Counted from the stretch's first letter, positions 8,102-19,745 are shown. The stretch is 64,000 nucleotides of DNA from Clostridia bacterium (GCA_045643465.1 JAZUKV010000021.1:89701-153700); one strand, 5' to 3'. Notes: generated by a model from the sequence alone, not told the origin. Made by a program: numbers and translations.

Positions 8102-9250
8102 ATGAAAAAAGAAGAAAAAGCAAAACAAAGCAAATTAATAAATAGTAAGGAACTAATATTAGCATTAGAAGATTTAGAAAAAGAAAAAGGAATTAAAAAA
8201 GATTATATGTTGGAGTCAATAGAAACAGCTCTAGTTACAGCATATAAAAGAAATTATGATTCAAATTCAGAGAATGTCAAAGTTGTTATGAATTCTGAAA
8301 GCGGAGAAATACATGTTTATGCTGAAAAATTAGTTGTTGAAACAGTTGAAGATGACAAAATAGAAATCAATTTAGCAGATGCACAAAAAATTAATAAGAA
8401 ATTAACTTTAGGAGATACTGCACAAATAGAAATTATACCAAGGGATTTTGGAAGAATAGCAGCACAAACTGCTAAGCAAGTTATTATTCAAAAAATAAGA
8501 GAAGCATCAAGAAATGTTTTATTTGATGAATTTTCAGATAGAAAAGGTGAAATTGTTTCTGGATTAATTCAAAAAGCTGATAGTGGAATTGTTGTTGTTG
8601 ATTTAGGAAAGTTAGAAGGAGTTATGCCTTTAAAAGAGCAAATTGCTACAGAAACATATAAAGTTAATGATAAGATTAGAGCTTATATTATGAATGTCGA
8701 AAGAGGAGTTAAAGGTGCTCCACAAGTAATTATATCAAGAGCAAATGCAGATTTTGTTAGAAAATTATTTGAATTAGAAATACCGGAAATATTTGAGGGA
8801 GTTATTGAAATAAAAAGTGTTTCAAGAGATCCAGGTAGTAGAAGTAAAGTTGCAGTATATTCTCCAGATGAGAACATTGATCCAGTAGGATCTTGCGTAG
8901 GTCAAAAAGGTATAAGAATTCAAAATATAATTAATGAGTTAAGTGGTGAGAAAATTGATGTAATAGAATGGAACGCTGATCCTTCAATATACATATCAGC
9001 AGCATTATTACCAGCTCAAGTATTAGCAGTTGATATAAGTGAAGATGAAAAATTTGCACAAGTAATAGTTCCAGATGATCAACTATCATTAGCTATTGGA
9101 AAATCAGGTCAAAATGTTAGATTAGCAGCTAAACTTACAAATTGGAAAATTGATATAAAAAGCGAATCTCAATTTAGAAAAATGATAGAAGAAAAGAATG
9201 CAGAAGAATATGCTGACACAGAAAACGATGAAGAGCCTATAGAAGAATAA
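8102..9250 (+). CDS. nusA: Transcription termination/antitermination factor NusA
   Basis: S1 and KH domain motifs (GRIAAQTAKQVI, DPVGSCVGQKGIRIQ, AIGKSGQNVRLAAKLT). Confidence 0.95.
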   Translation: MKKEEKAKQSKLINSKELILALEDLEKEKGIKKDYMLESIETALVTAYKRNYDSNSENVKVVMNSESGEIHVYAEKLVVETVEDDKIEINLADAQKINKKLTLGDTAQIEIIPRDFGRIAAQTAKQVIIQKIREASRNVLFDEFSDRKGEIVSGLIQKADSGIVVVDLGKLEGVMPLKEQIATETYKVNDKIRAYIMNVERGVKGAPQVIISRANADFVRKLFELEIPEIFEGVIEIKSVSRDPGSRSKVAVYSPDENIDPVGSCVGQKGIRIQNIINELSGEKIDVIEWNADPSIYISAALLPAQVLAVDISEDEKFAQVIVPDDQLSLAIGKSGQNVRLAAKLTNWKIDIKSESQFRKMIEEKNAEEYADTENDEEPIEE

Positions 9251-9280
9251 TATTAAAAATTTGTATGAATACAATAGGAA

Positions 9281-9553
9281 GTGATTAAATTGAAAAAAAT
9301 ACCACAAAGAACTTGTTTAGGTTGCAATGTTCAAAAAAATAAAAATGAATTGATAAGAATAGTTATGAATAAAGAAGGCAAAATTTTTATTGATAAAACT
9401 GGTAAAGCTAATGGTAGAGGTGCATATATATGTGATAATCCAGAGTGCTTAGAGAAATTAATAAAATCTAAAAGATTAGAAAGAAATTTTGATACAACAA
9501 TAAATAGTGAAATTTATGAGGGGTTACGAAATGAAATTATAAAGAAAAATTAA
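9281..9553 (+). CDS. ylxR: YlxR/RnpM family RNA-binding protein (DUF448)
   Basis: PQRTCLGC...GRGAYIC motif. Sits at the conserved position between nusA and infB. The true start may be TTG 9290. Confidence 0.85.
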   Translation: MIKLKKIPQRTCLGCNVQKNKNELIRIVMNKEGKIFIDKTGKANGRGAYICDNPECLEKLIKSKRLERNFDTTINSEIYEGLRNEIIKKN

Positions 9554-9573
9554 TATTATGGGGGTGAAAGCTA

Positions 9574-12500
9574 TTGGCAAAGATTAAAATTCATGAAATA
9601 GCAAAAAAATTAAATCTAACCAGTAAAGATGTTTTGGAGAAAGCATTAGAATTAGGGATTGATGCTAAAAGCCATTTAAGTTCAATAGAGGATAATGAAG
9701 CAAAGATATTGGAACAAAAATTAACTGAAAAAACATCTAGCAAATCTAAAATTGAAAGCAATCAACAAGGAAAGAAAGAAATAAAAAAGGATAAGGAGAA
9801 AAAGAAAGAAAGTACTCCTGTGATTATAAGAAGAGAAGTTATTCTTTCAGAAGAAAATAATCAAGAAAAAGAAAATAAGAAAAATGAAAATAAACAAAAT
9901 ATAGGATTTGTTGAGAGAAAGAAAAATCAAAATTATAATATAGTTTATAGAAATAAACAGCAAAAACCTATGACTGTTAATGAATTATTTGGAATAAAAG
10001 ATAAGAAGAAAGAAGAAGAGCAAAAGAAACAAGAAGAAGAACGATTAAGAAAAGAAGAAGAAGCTAAGAAAATAGCAGAAGCTAAAAAAATAGCAGAACA
10101 AAATGAAAAAGAGCGAAAAGAGCTTGAAAACAATATTATAAAGGAGAAAACTGAAAAAACTGAAAATATAAATATGGATGCAACAGTTAAGAAAGAAATC
10201 AATAAAAGTGAAAATAGCTATGAAAGCAGAAAAAATTATAATAATTCTATGAATAATAGATATAATAATGATGGAAATAACAAATATAATAACGATAACA
10301 GAAATAGCAGATTTAATGCGGATAACAAAATTAATAATAGATATAATGCTGACGGCTCTAATAAATTTAATTCAGATCGAAACAATAAATATAATAACAA
10401 CGGGGAAAGAAAGTTTAATAATAGAGATGGAAATCAAGTAAATAATAATTATAAGAATAATAGATATAATAATGATGGAAATAACAGATTTAATAATAAT
10501 GGTAGATACAATAATAATCAAAATAAAGCTTTAGATGATAAGGGGATTGATAAAAATATCAAAAACATTATGTCTACAGAAATTGTAGAAAAAGAGTCTC
10601 AAAGGGATTATACAAGTAAATCTATAGATAAAGCAAAACAAAATAAATTTGAAGAAAATAAAGCTAATATCAATGCTAAAAAAGCAACTAAAAATAGAAA
10701 ACAAGATAGATTTTCTGAATTTGATGGTGGAAAATTAAAAGATTTAAAACAAGTAGATAAATTATCTCATATGTTTAATGAACAAGATGGTGGAATGCTT
10801 GATTATTATGATTTGACAACTGAAAGAGGAAAAAGAAATAAGAAAAAAATAAATAAAAATGATGAAGAAAGAAATAAACAAAAAATATTCCAATTAACAG
10901 AAATCACAATTCCAGAAAATATATCTGTTAAAGATTTAGCAATTGAGTTAAAGAAAACTAGTGGAGAAGTTATTACAAAATTAATGAGTCTAGGAATAAT
11001 GGCTACAATAAACAATGATTTAGATTTTGATACAGCTTATTTAGTAGCAAGTGAATTTGGAGTTAATGCAACAAAAAAAGAAGTTGTAAACGAAGAAGAT
11101 GTATTATTTGATGAATCAGAAGATAGAGATGAAGATTTATTACCAAGACCACCAGTTGTTGTTGTTATGGGTCACGTTGATCATGGTAAAACTTCTTTAC
11201 TTGATGCTATTAGAAAAACTAATGTTATTGAAGGTGAAGCAGGTGGAATTACACAACATATAGGTGCTTATAAAGTAAATGTAAATGGACGTGAAATTAC
11301 TTTCTTAGATACACCAGGACATGAAGCTTTTACAAGTATGAGAGCAAGGGGGGCTCAAATTACAGATATAGCTATATTAGTTGTTGCCGCTGATGATGGT
11401 GTTATGCCTCAAACAGTTGAAGCTATTAATCATGCTAAAGCAGCAGAAATTCCAATTATAGTTGCTGTTAATAAAATAGATTTACCAAATGCCAATATAG
11501 ATAAAATTAAACAAGATTTAATGCAATATGAATTAGTATCTGAAGAATGGGGAGGAGATACAATATTTGTTCCAATATCTGCTAAGAAAGGTTTAAATAT
11601 TAATAACTTATTAGAAATGGTATTATTAGTTGCAGATATGAAAGAGCTAAAAGCAAATCCTAACAAACAATCAAAAGGTGCTGTTATCGAAGCTAGATTA
11701 GATAAAGCTAAAGGTCCAATTGCATCAATACTTGTTCAACGTGGTACTTTAGATGTTGGTGATACAATTGTTGTTGGTACATCTATTGGTAGAATTAGAG
11801 CTATGAAAAATGATAGAGGTCAAAGCGTAAAAGAAGCTGGACCATCAACTCCTGTTGAAGTTATGGGATTGACAGAGCTACCAGAAGCTGGTGATACTTT
11901 CTATGAAGTTAAAAATGAAAAAATGGCTAAACATTTAATAGAAAAGAGAAAACTTCAAGAGAGAGAAAAATCATTAAATAATAATAGTGTTGTTACATTA
12001 AATAATTTATTTGAAAAAATGGCTAGTGATGATTTAAAACAATTAAACTTAATTGTAAAAGCAGATGTTCAAGGTTCTGCAGAAGCTATAAAACAATCAT
12101 TAGAGAAATTATCAAATGATGAAGTTAAGGTAAAAGTAATCCACTCTGTAGCTGGAGCTGTTAATGAATCAGATGTTCAACTTGCTAAAGCAGCAAAAGC
12201 TATAATCATAGCATTTAATGTTAGACCTGTTGGATCAGCTAAAGAAGTGGCTGAAAAAGAGGGAGTAGAAATAAAACAATATTCTATAATTTATAAAGCT
12301 TTAGAAGATGTTGAAGCTGCAATGAAAGGATTATTAGATCCTATATTTGAAGAAAAAGTTATAGGTAATGCATTAGTAAGACAGACATTCAAAGTTTCAA
12401 GTGTTGGAACAATTGCAGGATGTTTTGTAACAGATGGTAAAATTGAAAGAAATGCTGGAGTTAGAGTTATTCGTGAAGCTGTTGTTATTCATGAAGGTAA

Positions 12501-12642
12501 ACTTGCTTCATTAAAGAGATTTAAAGATGATGTTAAAGAAGTTACAAAAGGATATGAGTGTGGATGTCAAATTGAGAATTATAATGATCTTAAGGAAGAT
12601 GACGTTATAGAATTCTTTGTAATGGAAGAAGTTAAAAGATAA
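9574..12642 (+). CDS. infB: Translation initiation factor IF-2 with an expanded N-terminal region
   Basis: G-domain motifs [23 protein letters not shown]. The C-terminal IF-2 domains are present. TTG start follows GGGGTGA. Confidence 0.97.
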   Translation: MAKIKIHEIAKKLNLTSKDVLEKALELGIDAKSHLSSIEDNEAKILEQKLTEKTSSKSKIESNQQGKKEIKKDKEKKKESTPVIIRREVILSEENNQEKENKKNENKQNIGFVERKKNQNYNIVYRNKQQKPMTVNELFGIKDKKKEEEQKKQEEERLRKEEEAKKIAEAKKIAEQNEKERKELENNIIKEKTEKTENINMDATVKKEINKSENSYESRKNYNNSMNNRYNNDGNNKYNNDNRNSRFNADNKINNRYNADGSNKFNSDRNNKYNNNGERKFNNRDGNQVNNNYKNNRYNNDGNNRFNNNGRYNNNQNKALDDKGIDKNIKNIMSTEIVEKESQRDYTSKSIDKAKQNKFEENKANINAKKATKNRKQDRFSEFDGGKLKDLKQVDKLSHMFNEQDGGMLDYYDLTTERGKRNKKKINKNDEERNKQKIFQLTEITIPENISVKDLAIELKKTSGEVITKLMSLGIMATINNDLDFDTAYLVASEFGVNATKKEVVNEEDVLFDESEDRDEDLLPRPPVVVVMGHVDHGKTSLLDAIRKTNVIEGEAGGITQHIGAYKVNVNGREITFLDTPGHEAFTSMRARGAQITDIAILVVAADDGVMPQTVEAINHAKAAEIPIIVAVNKIDLPNANIDKIKQDLMQYELVSEEWGGDTIFVPISAKKGLNINNLLEMVLLVADMKELKANPNKQSKGAVIEARLDKAKGPIASILVQRGTLDVGDTIVVGTSIGRIRAMKNDRGQSVKEAGPSTPVEVMGLTELPEAGDTFYEVKNEKMAKHLIEKRKLQEREKSLNNNSVVTLNNLFEKMASDDLKQLNLIVKADVQGSAEAIKQSLEKLSNDEVKVKVIHSVAGAVNESDVQLAKAAKAIIIAFNVRPVGSAKEVAEKEGVEIKQYSIIYKALEDVEAAMKGLLDPIFEEKVIGNALVRQTFKVSSVGTIAGCFVTDGKIERNAGVRVIREAVVIHEGKLASLKRFKDDVKEVTKGYECGCQIENYNDLKEDDVIEFFVMEEVKR
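10228..10524 (+). repeat. Asn-rich degenerate repeats inside infB
   Basis: About 100 codons of NN(R/K)(Y/F)NNDGNN-like units, for example [40 protein letters not shown]. Confidence 0.8.
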
Positions 12643-12715
12643 TTTGTGGTTGGGACAGGAGTTGATATAAAAATTATCTCCTGACCAATTAACAGTTAAA
12701 TAGAAAGGAAAGCGT

Positions 12716-13072
12716 ATGGCAAAAAACGAAACTAGGTTAAATAGAATAAATGAAGAGCTAAAAAAAGAGATTAGCCACGTACTAACATTTGAATTGAAAA
12801 ATCCAAATGTTACAGGTTTATTAAGTGTAACTAGAGCTAAGATAACACCTGATTTTAAATATGCAAAAGTTTACGTAAGTGTTTTAAATTCTAAAAATCT
12901 AGATAAAACTATGCAAGGATTGAAAGACTCAGCTGGTTTTATAAGAAGTCAAATAGCAAAAACAATTAATTTAAGAATAACACCAGAGCTAGTTTTTGAA
13001 TTAGATGATTCTGTTGAATACGGAATGAGAATTGATAATATATTAAAAGAAATTAAAGGTAAAAATAGTTAA
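12716..13072 (+). CDS. rbfA: Ribosome-binding factor A
   Basis: R..R..E.LK.EIS motif, size of 118 aa, and position after infB. Confidence 0.9.
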   Translation: MAKNETRLNRINEELKKEISHVLTFELKNPNVTGLLSVTRAKITPDFKYAKVYVSVLNSKNLDKTMQGLKDSAGFIRSQIAKTINLRITPELVFELDDSVEYGMRIDNILKEIKGKNS

Positions 13073-13087
13073 AAGAAAGAAGGATAC

Positions 13088-14047
13088 ATGGGAACTTTAG
13101 AGGAAATTTTTGAAAAGATTAAAAATGCTGAAACTATTGTTATTTTGACACATGAGAATCCTGACGGTGATGCAGTTGGAAGTAGTTTAGCATTGTATAA
13201 TGGATTAAAATTTTTTGGTAAAAATAAAGTAGATGTAATAATACCAGAATGTCCAAAAACATTTTTATTTTTGCCAGGAGCGGATGAGATAAAAAAAGAA
13301 TCTGATATCGAAAATTATGATTTAGCAATTGCTATTGATTGTTCAAATATAGAAATGCTAAATGGAGGAGATAGATATTTCGAAAATGCAGATAATACAG
13401 TTGTTATAGATCATCATAGCACTAACACAATGTATGGAGATCTTAATTTTGTAAATCCAGATGCTCCTGCTTGTGCAGAAGTTATGATTGTAGCATTAGA
13501 AAAGTTTGAAATGGAAATCGACAAGAGAATAGGTACATGTTTATTAGTAGGAATTATAACAGATACAGGTGGATTCAAATATCAAGGTGTTACAGCAGAA
13601 ACATTTGAGTTTGTAGCAGAGCTTCTAAATAAGGGGGTTAATGTTTCTGATACATATAGAAAAGTCTTACAAGTTAAAACAAAATCAGCATATGAGTTAG
13701 GAAGAATTGCTAATAATAGATTAGAATTTTTAGAGGATGGAAAAATAGCATTTACATATTTAACTTTAGAGGATTATGAGAATTATAATGCTAGTTATGG
13801 AGATCATGAAGGTATAGTTGATTTTGGTAGAGATGTAGAAGGTGTTGAAGTTTCAATTTTCATTAGAGAAATAAAAGGAAAAGGCTTAAAAGTTTCATTA
13901 AGATCTAACGAAAAAGTGGATGTTGATGATATTGCTTTATTATATGGAGGAGGAGGCCATCCAAAGGCAGCAGGTTTTTCTACAAATGATGATTTTGAAA
14001 CAATAAAATTTAAAATAATAAATGAAGTAAAACGAAATTTGGAATAA
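13088..14047 (+). CDS. nrnA: DHH/DHHA1 phosphoesterase (NrnA-like oligoribonuclease/pAp phosphatase)
   Basis: Motifs HENPDGDAVGS, DHH and GGGGHPKAAG. Confidence 0.8.
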   Translation: MGTLEEIFEKIKNAETIVILTHENPDGDAVGSSLALYNGLKFFGKNKVDVIIPECPKTFLFLPGADEIKKESDIENYDLAIAIDCSNIEMLNGGDRYFENADNTVVIDHHSTNTMYGDLNFVNPDAPACAEVMIVALEKFEMEIDKRIGTCLLVGIITDTGGFKYQGVTAETFEFVAELLNKGVNVSDTYRKVLQVKTKSAYELGRIANNRLEFLEDGKIAFTYLTLEDYENYNASYGDHEGIVDFGRDVEGVEVSIFIREIKGKGLKVSLRSNEKVDVDDIALLYGGGGHPKAAGFSTNDDFETIKFKIINEVKRNLE

Positions 14048-14056
14048 AGGAAAATT

Positions 14057-14938
14057 ATGGATGGAATAATTATTATAAATAAGCCGAAAGGTTTTACATC
14101 AAATAATATAGTAAATAAGGTAAAACATTTGCTTAATACAAAAGTGGGTCATACAGGAACGTTAGACCCAAATGCAACAGGTGTTTTGCCTTTACTATTA
14201 GGCCAAGGGACAAAATTTTCAAAATATTTAATAAATCATGATAAGAAATATTGTGCTGAACTTAAATTAGGAATTAAAACTACTACTGCAGATATAGAAG
14301 GAGAAGTAGTCGAAGAGCAAAATATTAATAAAGATATATTTGATAAGGCATATATAAATGATATATTAAATAGTTTTATTGGTAAGCAGATTCAAACACC
14401 ACCAGTTTATTCTGCAATAAAAATAAATGGAAAGAAGTTATATGAATATGCTAGAAATGGTTTGGAAGTAGAAGTTCCTAAAAGAGCAATAGAAATATAT
14501 AATATAGAATTAGTTGAATTTGATAAAGAAAAAAATTTAATTGTTTTTAATGTTGAATGTTCAAAGGGGACATATATTAGATCTTTATGTGAAGATATGG
14601 CAGAAAAATTAGGTACTATTGGGTATATGGAAAATCTTAATAGGCTTGTTGTAGGAAATTTTAAGATTGAAGATTCAGTGACAATTGATGAACTAGAAAA
14701 TAATAAAAATGATAATGAATGGATTAAAAATCACATTATCACATTGGAGCAATTATGCAGTAGCAAAGGAAAATATATATTAAAAAATGATGATATCCAT
14801 AAATTTATAAATGGTGTTAAATTGCATTGCGATTTACAAGATGGAGTTTATGCTGTTTATAATAATGATATGTTTGTTGGTAGTGGATATGTAGAGCATA
14901 AAACTATTAAAAGAGATATTGTAATAAATGAAAGGTAG
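14057..14938 (+). CDS. truB: tRNA pseudouridine(55) synthase TruB
   Basis: GHTGTLDPNATGVLP catalytic motif and YSAIKINGKKLYEYAR. Confidence 0.93.
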   Translation: MDGIIIINKPKGFTSNNIVNKVKHLLNTKVGHTGTLDPNATGVLPLLLGQGTKFSKYLINHDKKYCAELKLGIKTTTADIEGEVVEEQNINKDIFDKAYINDILNSFIGKQIQTPPVYSAIKINGKKLYEYARNGLEVEVPKRAIEIYNIELVEFDKEKNLIVFNVECSKGTYIRSLCEDMAEKLGTIGYMENLNRLVVGNFKIEDSVTIDELENNKNDNEWIKNHIITLEQLCSSKGKYILKNDDIHKFINGVKLHCDLQDGVYAVYNNDMFVGSGYVEHKTIKRDIVINER

Positions 14939-14946
14939 GGATTTTT

Positions 14947-15507
14947 ATGTATCTTATAGTAGGACTTGGAAATCCAGAATCAGATTATGCAAGAACAAGG
15001 CATAACATGGGTGTAGATGTTGTAAATCAATTAGCAGATAAATATAAAATTGCTATTTCACGTGAGAAGTTTAATGGATTATATGGTACAGGAGAAATTG
15101 AAGGTGAAAAAGTTATAATATTAAAACCACAAACTTTTATGAATTTAAGTGGTGACAGTGTAATTGAATTTGTTAATTTTTATAAAATAGATTTAAAAAA
15201 TGTTATAGTTGTTTATGATGATATAGATACAGATCCAGGTAAAATTAGAATAAGATCAAAAGGTGGACCGGGAACGCATAATGGTATGAAGTCTGTAGTA
15301 GCTAGATTAAATTCAGAAGATTTTCCAAGAGTTAGAGTTGGAATTGGAATGCCTGAATTTAAGCATGATTTAATAAATTATGTAATTGGCAATATTAATG
15401 ATGAAGATTATGAAGTTTTACAACAAGGAATACAAAAAGCTTCAGAAGCAGTTTCGTCAATAATTAAAGATGGAATAGGAAATGCAATGAATAAATATAA
15501 TGGATAA
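14947..15507 (+). CDS. pth: Peptidyl-tRNA hydrolase
   Basis: Motifs LIVGLGNP, TRHNMG and GTHNGMKS. Confidence 0.93.
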   Translation: MYLIVGLGNPESDYARTRHNMGVDVVNQLADKYKIAISREKFNGLYGTGEIEGEKVIILKPQTFMNLSGDSVIEFVNFYKIDLKNVIVVYDDIDTDPGKIRIRSKGGPGTHNGMKSVVARLNSEDFPRVRVGIGMPEFKHDLINYVIGNINDEDYEVLQQGIQKASEAVSSIIKDGIGNAMNKYNG

Positions 15508-15554
15508 ATTATAAAAATTTGATATTCCTAGATATAGCGGTTTACGGAGGCAAA

Positions 15555-16727
15555 ATGAGGGAAATTTTAATAAATAGTGACAATGAAAAAAATAATATAG
15601 TAATAACAGAAGATGGAAAAGTAATAGAAAAATATCAAGAATATAATGAAAACAGAACAATAGAAGGAAATATTTACTTAGGAAAGGTAGTAAGTGTTCT
15701 TGCAGGAATGCAAGCTGCTTTTGTGGATATTGGAGAAGAAAAAAATGCTTTTCTACATATAAAAGATATTTTACCGAAAGTAAGTGAAGTAACAGGAAAT
15801 AAGAATGAAAAAATAAGTAAATCAGATATTAAAAAATTTGTAAAAGTTGGTATGCCTATTATAGTTCAAGTAAAAAAAGACAAAGTTGAGACAAAGGGTG
15901 CCAGAATTTCTACTAATTTAAATATACCAGGTAAATATATGGCAATAGTATCAAATTCAAAATTTGTTACGATTTCTAGTAAAATCGAAGATGAAAAAGA
16001 AGCAATTCGACTAAAATCAATAGTTAAGAAAAACAATAAATCAGAAAATGGATTTATTGTTAGAACTGCAGCAGTTGGAAAATCAGAGCATATTCTTGTT
16101 GATGAACAAAAATCATTAGAGCTAGTGTATGAAAATATTTTGAAAAATGCAGATAAATGTATAAAACAAAATCAATATCCAACTAAGTTATATGAAACAG
16201 GTGGTATTATAAATAAAATATTACTTGGATTAGTTGAAAATGTTGAGAAAATTATTGTTAATAACGAAAATATATTTGATTTTATAATGAATGAGTATCC
16301 AGAGGCTAAAGAAAAATTACAAATTAATAATGATGCATTTTCTGACAATATAAAGGCACAAGTTGAAAAGTTGAAAAATAGAAAAATATGGCTTAATTGT
16401 GGTGGTTTTATAACTATAGATAAAACTGAAGCATTAACAGCAATAGATGTTAATACAGGGAAATATACAGGGAATGACAGTTTAGAAAAAACTGTATTAA
16501 AAGTTAATGAAGAAGCTACTGTAGAAATTGCTAAACAATTAAAAGCTAGAGATATTGGCGGAATTATAATTGTCGATTATATTGATATGGAAGAAAAAGA
16601 AAGTGAAGAGATAATTGTAAAATTATTGGAAAAAGAGCTAAAAAAAGATAGAGCGAAAACTCAAGTTATTGGTTTTACGCCATTACATTTGTTGGAAATG
16701 ACAAGAAAACATTTATATAGTAATTAA
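15555..16727 (+). CDS. rng: Ribonuclease E/G family protein (Rng-like, short form)
   Basis: N-terminal S1-like domain (GNIYLGKVVSVLAGMQAAFVDIG) and catalytic core (ALTAIDVNTGKY, GGIIIVDYIDM). ATG 15555 follows GGAGG. Confidence 0.8.
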   Translation: MREILINSDNEKNNIVITEDGKVIEKYQEYNENRTIEGNIYLGKVVSVLAGMQAAFVDIGEEKNAFLHIKDILPKVSEVTGNKNEKISKSDIKKFVKVGMPIIVQVKKDKVETKGARISTNLNIPGKYMAIVSNSKFVTISSKIEDEKEAIRLKSIVKKNNKSENGFIVRTAAVGKSEHILVDEQKSLELVYENILKNADKCIKQNQYPTKLYETGGIINKILLGLVENVEKIIVNNENIFDFIMNEYPEAKEKLQINNDAFSDNIKAQVEKLKNRKIWLNCGGFITIDKTEALTAIDVNTGKYTGNDSLEKTVLKVNEEATVEIAKQLKARDIGGIIIVDYIDMEEKESEEIIVKLLEKELKKDRAKTQVIGFTPLHLLEMTRKHLYSN

Positions 16728-16772
16728 TTTGAGTTAAAAAGAATTGATATGTAACTTAGAAGGAGAGATTAT

Positions 16773-18092
16773 ATGAACGTAGGATTTGTATCACTTGGAT
16801 GCAGCAAAAATTTATTAGATACAGAAATGACAATAGGTTTATTTAGAAATAAAAAATTTAATATTGTAAGTGATCCAGCACAAGCTGATATAATTGTTAT
16901 AAATACTTGTGGATTCATAGAGCCAGCAAAAGAAGAAGCTATTAATACGATTTTGGAGATGGCAGAATATAAAAATGACAAATGTAAGTTTTTAATTGTT
17001 ATGGGATGCTTAGTTGAGCGTTATAAAGAAGATTTGCAAAAATCAATCCCAGAAGTAGATTTATTTATAAAATTTAGCGAATATGATACTATATGGGAAC
17101 AAATAGAAGCGGTTATTGGTAAGTTATCTGATAGTAGTGATACTCAAACAGCAAAAAATCAATTAGATTTTATGGATAGAGCTGTTACCACAGGTGAAAA
17201 TTTTGCTTATCTAAGAATTGGTGAAGGATGTGATAATAATTGTACATATTGTGCTATTCCATATATTAGAGGTAAATATATTAGTAGAAAAATGGAAGAT
17301 ATATTGGAAGAAGCTAACATGCTTGCCAATAATGGAATTAAAGAGCTTATTGTTATAGCACAAGATACTACCAAATATGGGATTGATTTATATGGAGAAT
17401 CTAAATTAGCAGATCTATTAGAGGGGTTATGCAAAATTGATGGAATTAAATGGATTAGATTTTTATATTCATATCCAGAAACAATTACAGATGAATTAAT
17501 TAAAGTTGTAAAAAATAATGATAAGATTTGTAATTATTTTGATATTCCAATTCAACATATTGCTAACAAAGTTTTAAGAAGAATGAATAGACATAGTGAT
17601 GGTGAAAGTATAAGAAATGTTATTTCAAAAATAAGAAAAGAAATTCCAGATGTAATTATTAGAACTACAGTAATGGTTGGATTCCCAGGAGAAACAGAAG
17701 AGGATTTTAATGAACTTTATGATTTTGTTAAAGAAGCAAAGTTTGATAGAATGGGAGCATTTTCATATTCTAAAGAAGATGGAACTCCTGCTGCTAGAAT
17801 TAAGGAGCAAATTCATCCTATGACTAAAAAAAGCAGATATAATAAAATTATGAAATTGCAAGCTGAAATTTCAGAAGAAGTTACAAAAAATTATATAGGA
17901 AAAGAGCTTGAAGTTTTGCTAGAAGAGCGTAGTTTTGATGGTAAATATTATATTGCTAGAAGTTATATGGATGTTCCAGATATAGATGGTGTTATTTTTG
18001 TGAATTGCGATGAAGAAAATTTAGAAGGTCAATTTATAAAGGTAAAAATAACAGGTAGTAGTGAATATGATTTAATTGCAGAAAAACAATAA
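16773..18092 (+). CDS. rimO: Ribosomal protein S12 methylthiotransferase RimO
   Basis: SLGCSKN N-terminal cluster, radical-SAM CDNNCTYCAIP motif, and a C-terminal TRAM domain. Confidence 0.9.
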   Translation: MNVGFVSLGCSKNLLDTEMTIGLFRNKKFNIVSDPAQADIIVINTCGFIEPAKEEAINTILEMAEYKNDKCKFLIVMGCLVERYKEDLQKSIPEVDLFIKFSEYDTIWEQIEAVIGKLSDSSDTQTAKNQLDFMDRAVTTGENFAYLRIGEGCDNNCTYCAIPYIRGKYISRKMEDILEEANMLANNGIKELIVIAQDTTKYGIDLYGESKLADLLEGLCKIDGIKWIRFLYSYPETITDELIKVVKNNDKICNYFDIPIQHIANKVLRRMNRHSDGESIRNVISKIRKEIPDVIIRTTVMVGFPGETEEDFNELYDFVKEAKFDRMGAFSYSKEDGTPAARIKEQIHPMTKKSRYNKIMKLQAEISEEVTKNYIGKELEVLLEERSFDGKYYIARSYMDVPDIDGVIFVNCDEENLEGQFIKVKITGSSEYDLIAEKQ

Positions 18093-18099
18093 TTTAAAG

Positions 18100-18127
18100 C
18101 AGTTGCTAAAAAGCAACTGTTTTTTTG
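18100..18127 (+). terminator. Intrinsic terminator after rimO
   Basis: cagttgct-aaaa-agcaactg followed by T8. Confidence 0.7.
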
Positions 18128-18267
18128 TTTAATATTTCTGCTATTGTAAAAAAAATAGAATAATGATACAATCCGAGTGGAATAATTATATGAAGGTAAT
18201 AATATTTAAAGTCTGGCTTAAAATATGTGTAAACAATTTTTGAGCATAGCAGAAAGGATTGGTGCTG

Positions 18268-19695
18268 ATGGATAAAAAATATGATGCAATAGTTATTGGA
18301 ATGGGGCCAAGTGGAATATTTTTAGCATATGAATTAATTCAATTAAACAAAGCAAAAAATATTTTGCTAGTAGACCAAGGAAAAAGAGTTGAAGATAGAA
18401 ATTGTGCAATTGAAAAATGCGGAAAATGTATAAAGTGTAAGCCTTTTTGTAGTATTACAAATGGTTTTTCAGGTGCAGGTGCTTTTTCAGATGGTAAATT
18501 ATCTTTATATAATGAGGAAGATGATGATATTTATGTTGGAGGAATTCTACATGAATATATAGGTGTTGAGAATACTAAAAAATTAATAGACTATACAGAT
18601 AAAATATACTTACAGTTTGGGGCAGATAAGAAATTAGAAGGTGTTGAGTATAAAGAAGAAGTTTCAAAAATAAAGGAAAAAGCTAAAAAACAAGGAATTA
18701 ATTTAATTAATATTCCGATAAGACATTTAGGAACAGAAAAAGCTCATGAATTATATAAAAAATTGGAAGATTATTTAGAAGAAAATTCTATTAATATGAT
18801 GTTTGAAACAGAAGTTTTAGATTTAATAGTTGAAAATAATAAAGTAAAAGGAGTAAAAGTATCAGATAATAATAATAAAGAAGTTAAAGAAATTTTTTCA
18901 GACAATGTTGTTATTGCAGTTGGAAGAAAAGGTGCAAATTGGCTAGTAGAAATGTGTGATAAACACAATATTGTTACAAAATCAGGTTGTGTTGATATAG
19001 GAGTTAGATATGAACTTCCGGATAGCGTAATGAAGGACATAAATAAATATATGTATGAAGGAAAATTTATTGGATATCCACATCCATTTAAAGATAAAGT
19101 TAGAACGTTTTGTCAGAATCCTAGTGGTTTTGTTTCTTCAGAAGTTTATGATAATAATCTAACTTTAGTAAATGGACATTCATACAAAGATAAAAAAAGT
19201 AATAATACAAATTTAGCTATATTGGTTTCACATAATTTTACGTATCCATTTAATAAGCCAATTGAATATGGTAGAAATGTTGCAAGAAATTTGAACGAAC
19301 TAGCTGAGGGAAATGTTATAGTACAAAGATTGGGAGATATTTATAGGGGGAAAAGAACTTGGAAAGAAGAGCTTGAGAAAAATTCTGTAATTCCTACTTT
19401 AAAATCTGCAGTACCAGGAGATATAACATTTGCAATAGGATATAGAACAATGAATGATATTTTACAATTTATAAGAGAAATGGATAAAGTTGTTGAAGGT
19501 TTTGCAAATCCAGATAATTTATTATATGCGCCTGAAATAAAGTTCTATAGTAATAAGCTTGATATAAATGAAAATTTTGAGTCAAGTATTAAAGGATTAT
19601 ATTCAATAGGAGATGGGGGAGGAATGACTAGAGGATTGATGATGGCATCTTGCTCTGGTGTTCAGATGGCTAGAATTTTAGCTGAAAAATTATAA
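18268..19695 (+). CDS. FAD-dependent oxidoreductase (COG2509-like NAD(FAD)-utilising dehydrogenase)
   Basis: N-terminal dinucleotide fold YDAIVIGMGPSG, a CxxCxxC-like patch (CGKCIKCKPFC), and C-terminal GDGGG. Confidence 0.7.
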   Translation: MDKKYDAIVIGMGPSGIFLAYELIQLNKAKNILLVDQGKRVEDRNCAIEKCGKCIKCKPFCSITNGFSGAGAFSDGKLSLYNEEDDDIYVGGILHEYIGVENTKKLIDYTDKIYLQFGADKKLEGVEYKEEVSKIKEKAKKQGINLINIPIRHLGTEKAHELYKKLEDYLEENSINMMFETEVLDLIVENNKVKGVKVSDNNNKEVKEIFSDNVVIAVGRKGANWLVEMCDKHNIVTKSGCVDIGVRYELPDSVMKDINKYMYEGKFIGYPHPFKDKVRTFCQNPSGFVSSEVYDNNLTLVNGHSYKDKKSNNTNLAILVSHNFTYPFNKPIEYGRNVARNLNELAEGNVIVQRLGDIYRGKRTWKEELEKNSVIPTLKSAVPGDITFAIGYRTMNDILQFIREMDKVVEGFANPDNLLYAPEIKFYSNKLDINENFESSIKGLYSIGDGGGMTRGLMMASCSGVQMARILAEKL

Positions 19696-19707
19696 ATATA
19701 TAAAAAT

Positions 19708-19745
19708 AAAAGGTTCTACTTTCTAAAAAGCAGAACCTTTTATTT
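19708..19745. terminator. Bidirectional terminator between convergent genes
   Basis: aaaaggttct...agaacctttt hairpin flanked by A and T runs. Confidence 0.6.

Noticed and set aside
12650-12688. Imperfect hairpin between infB and rbfA
   Set aside because: It has no U-tract and sits within a conserved operon. It may be a processing or pause site, but the evidence is insufficient to call it a terminator or regulator.
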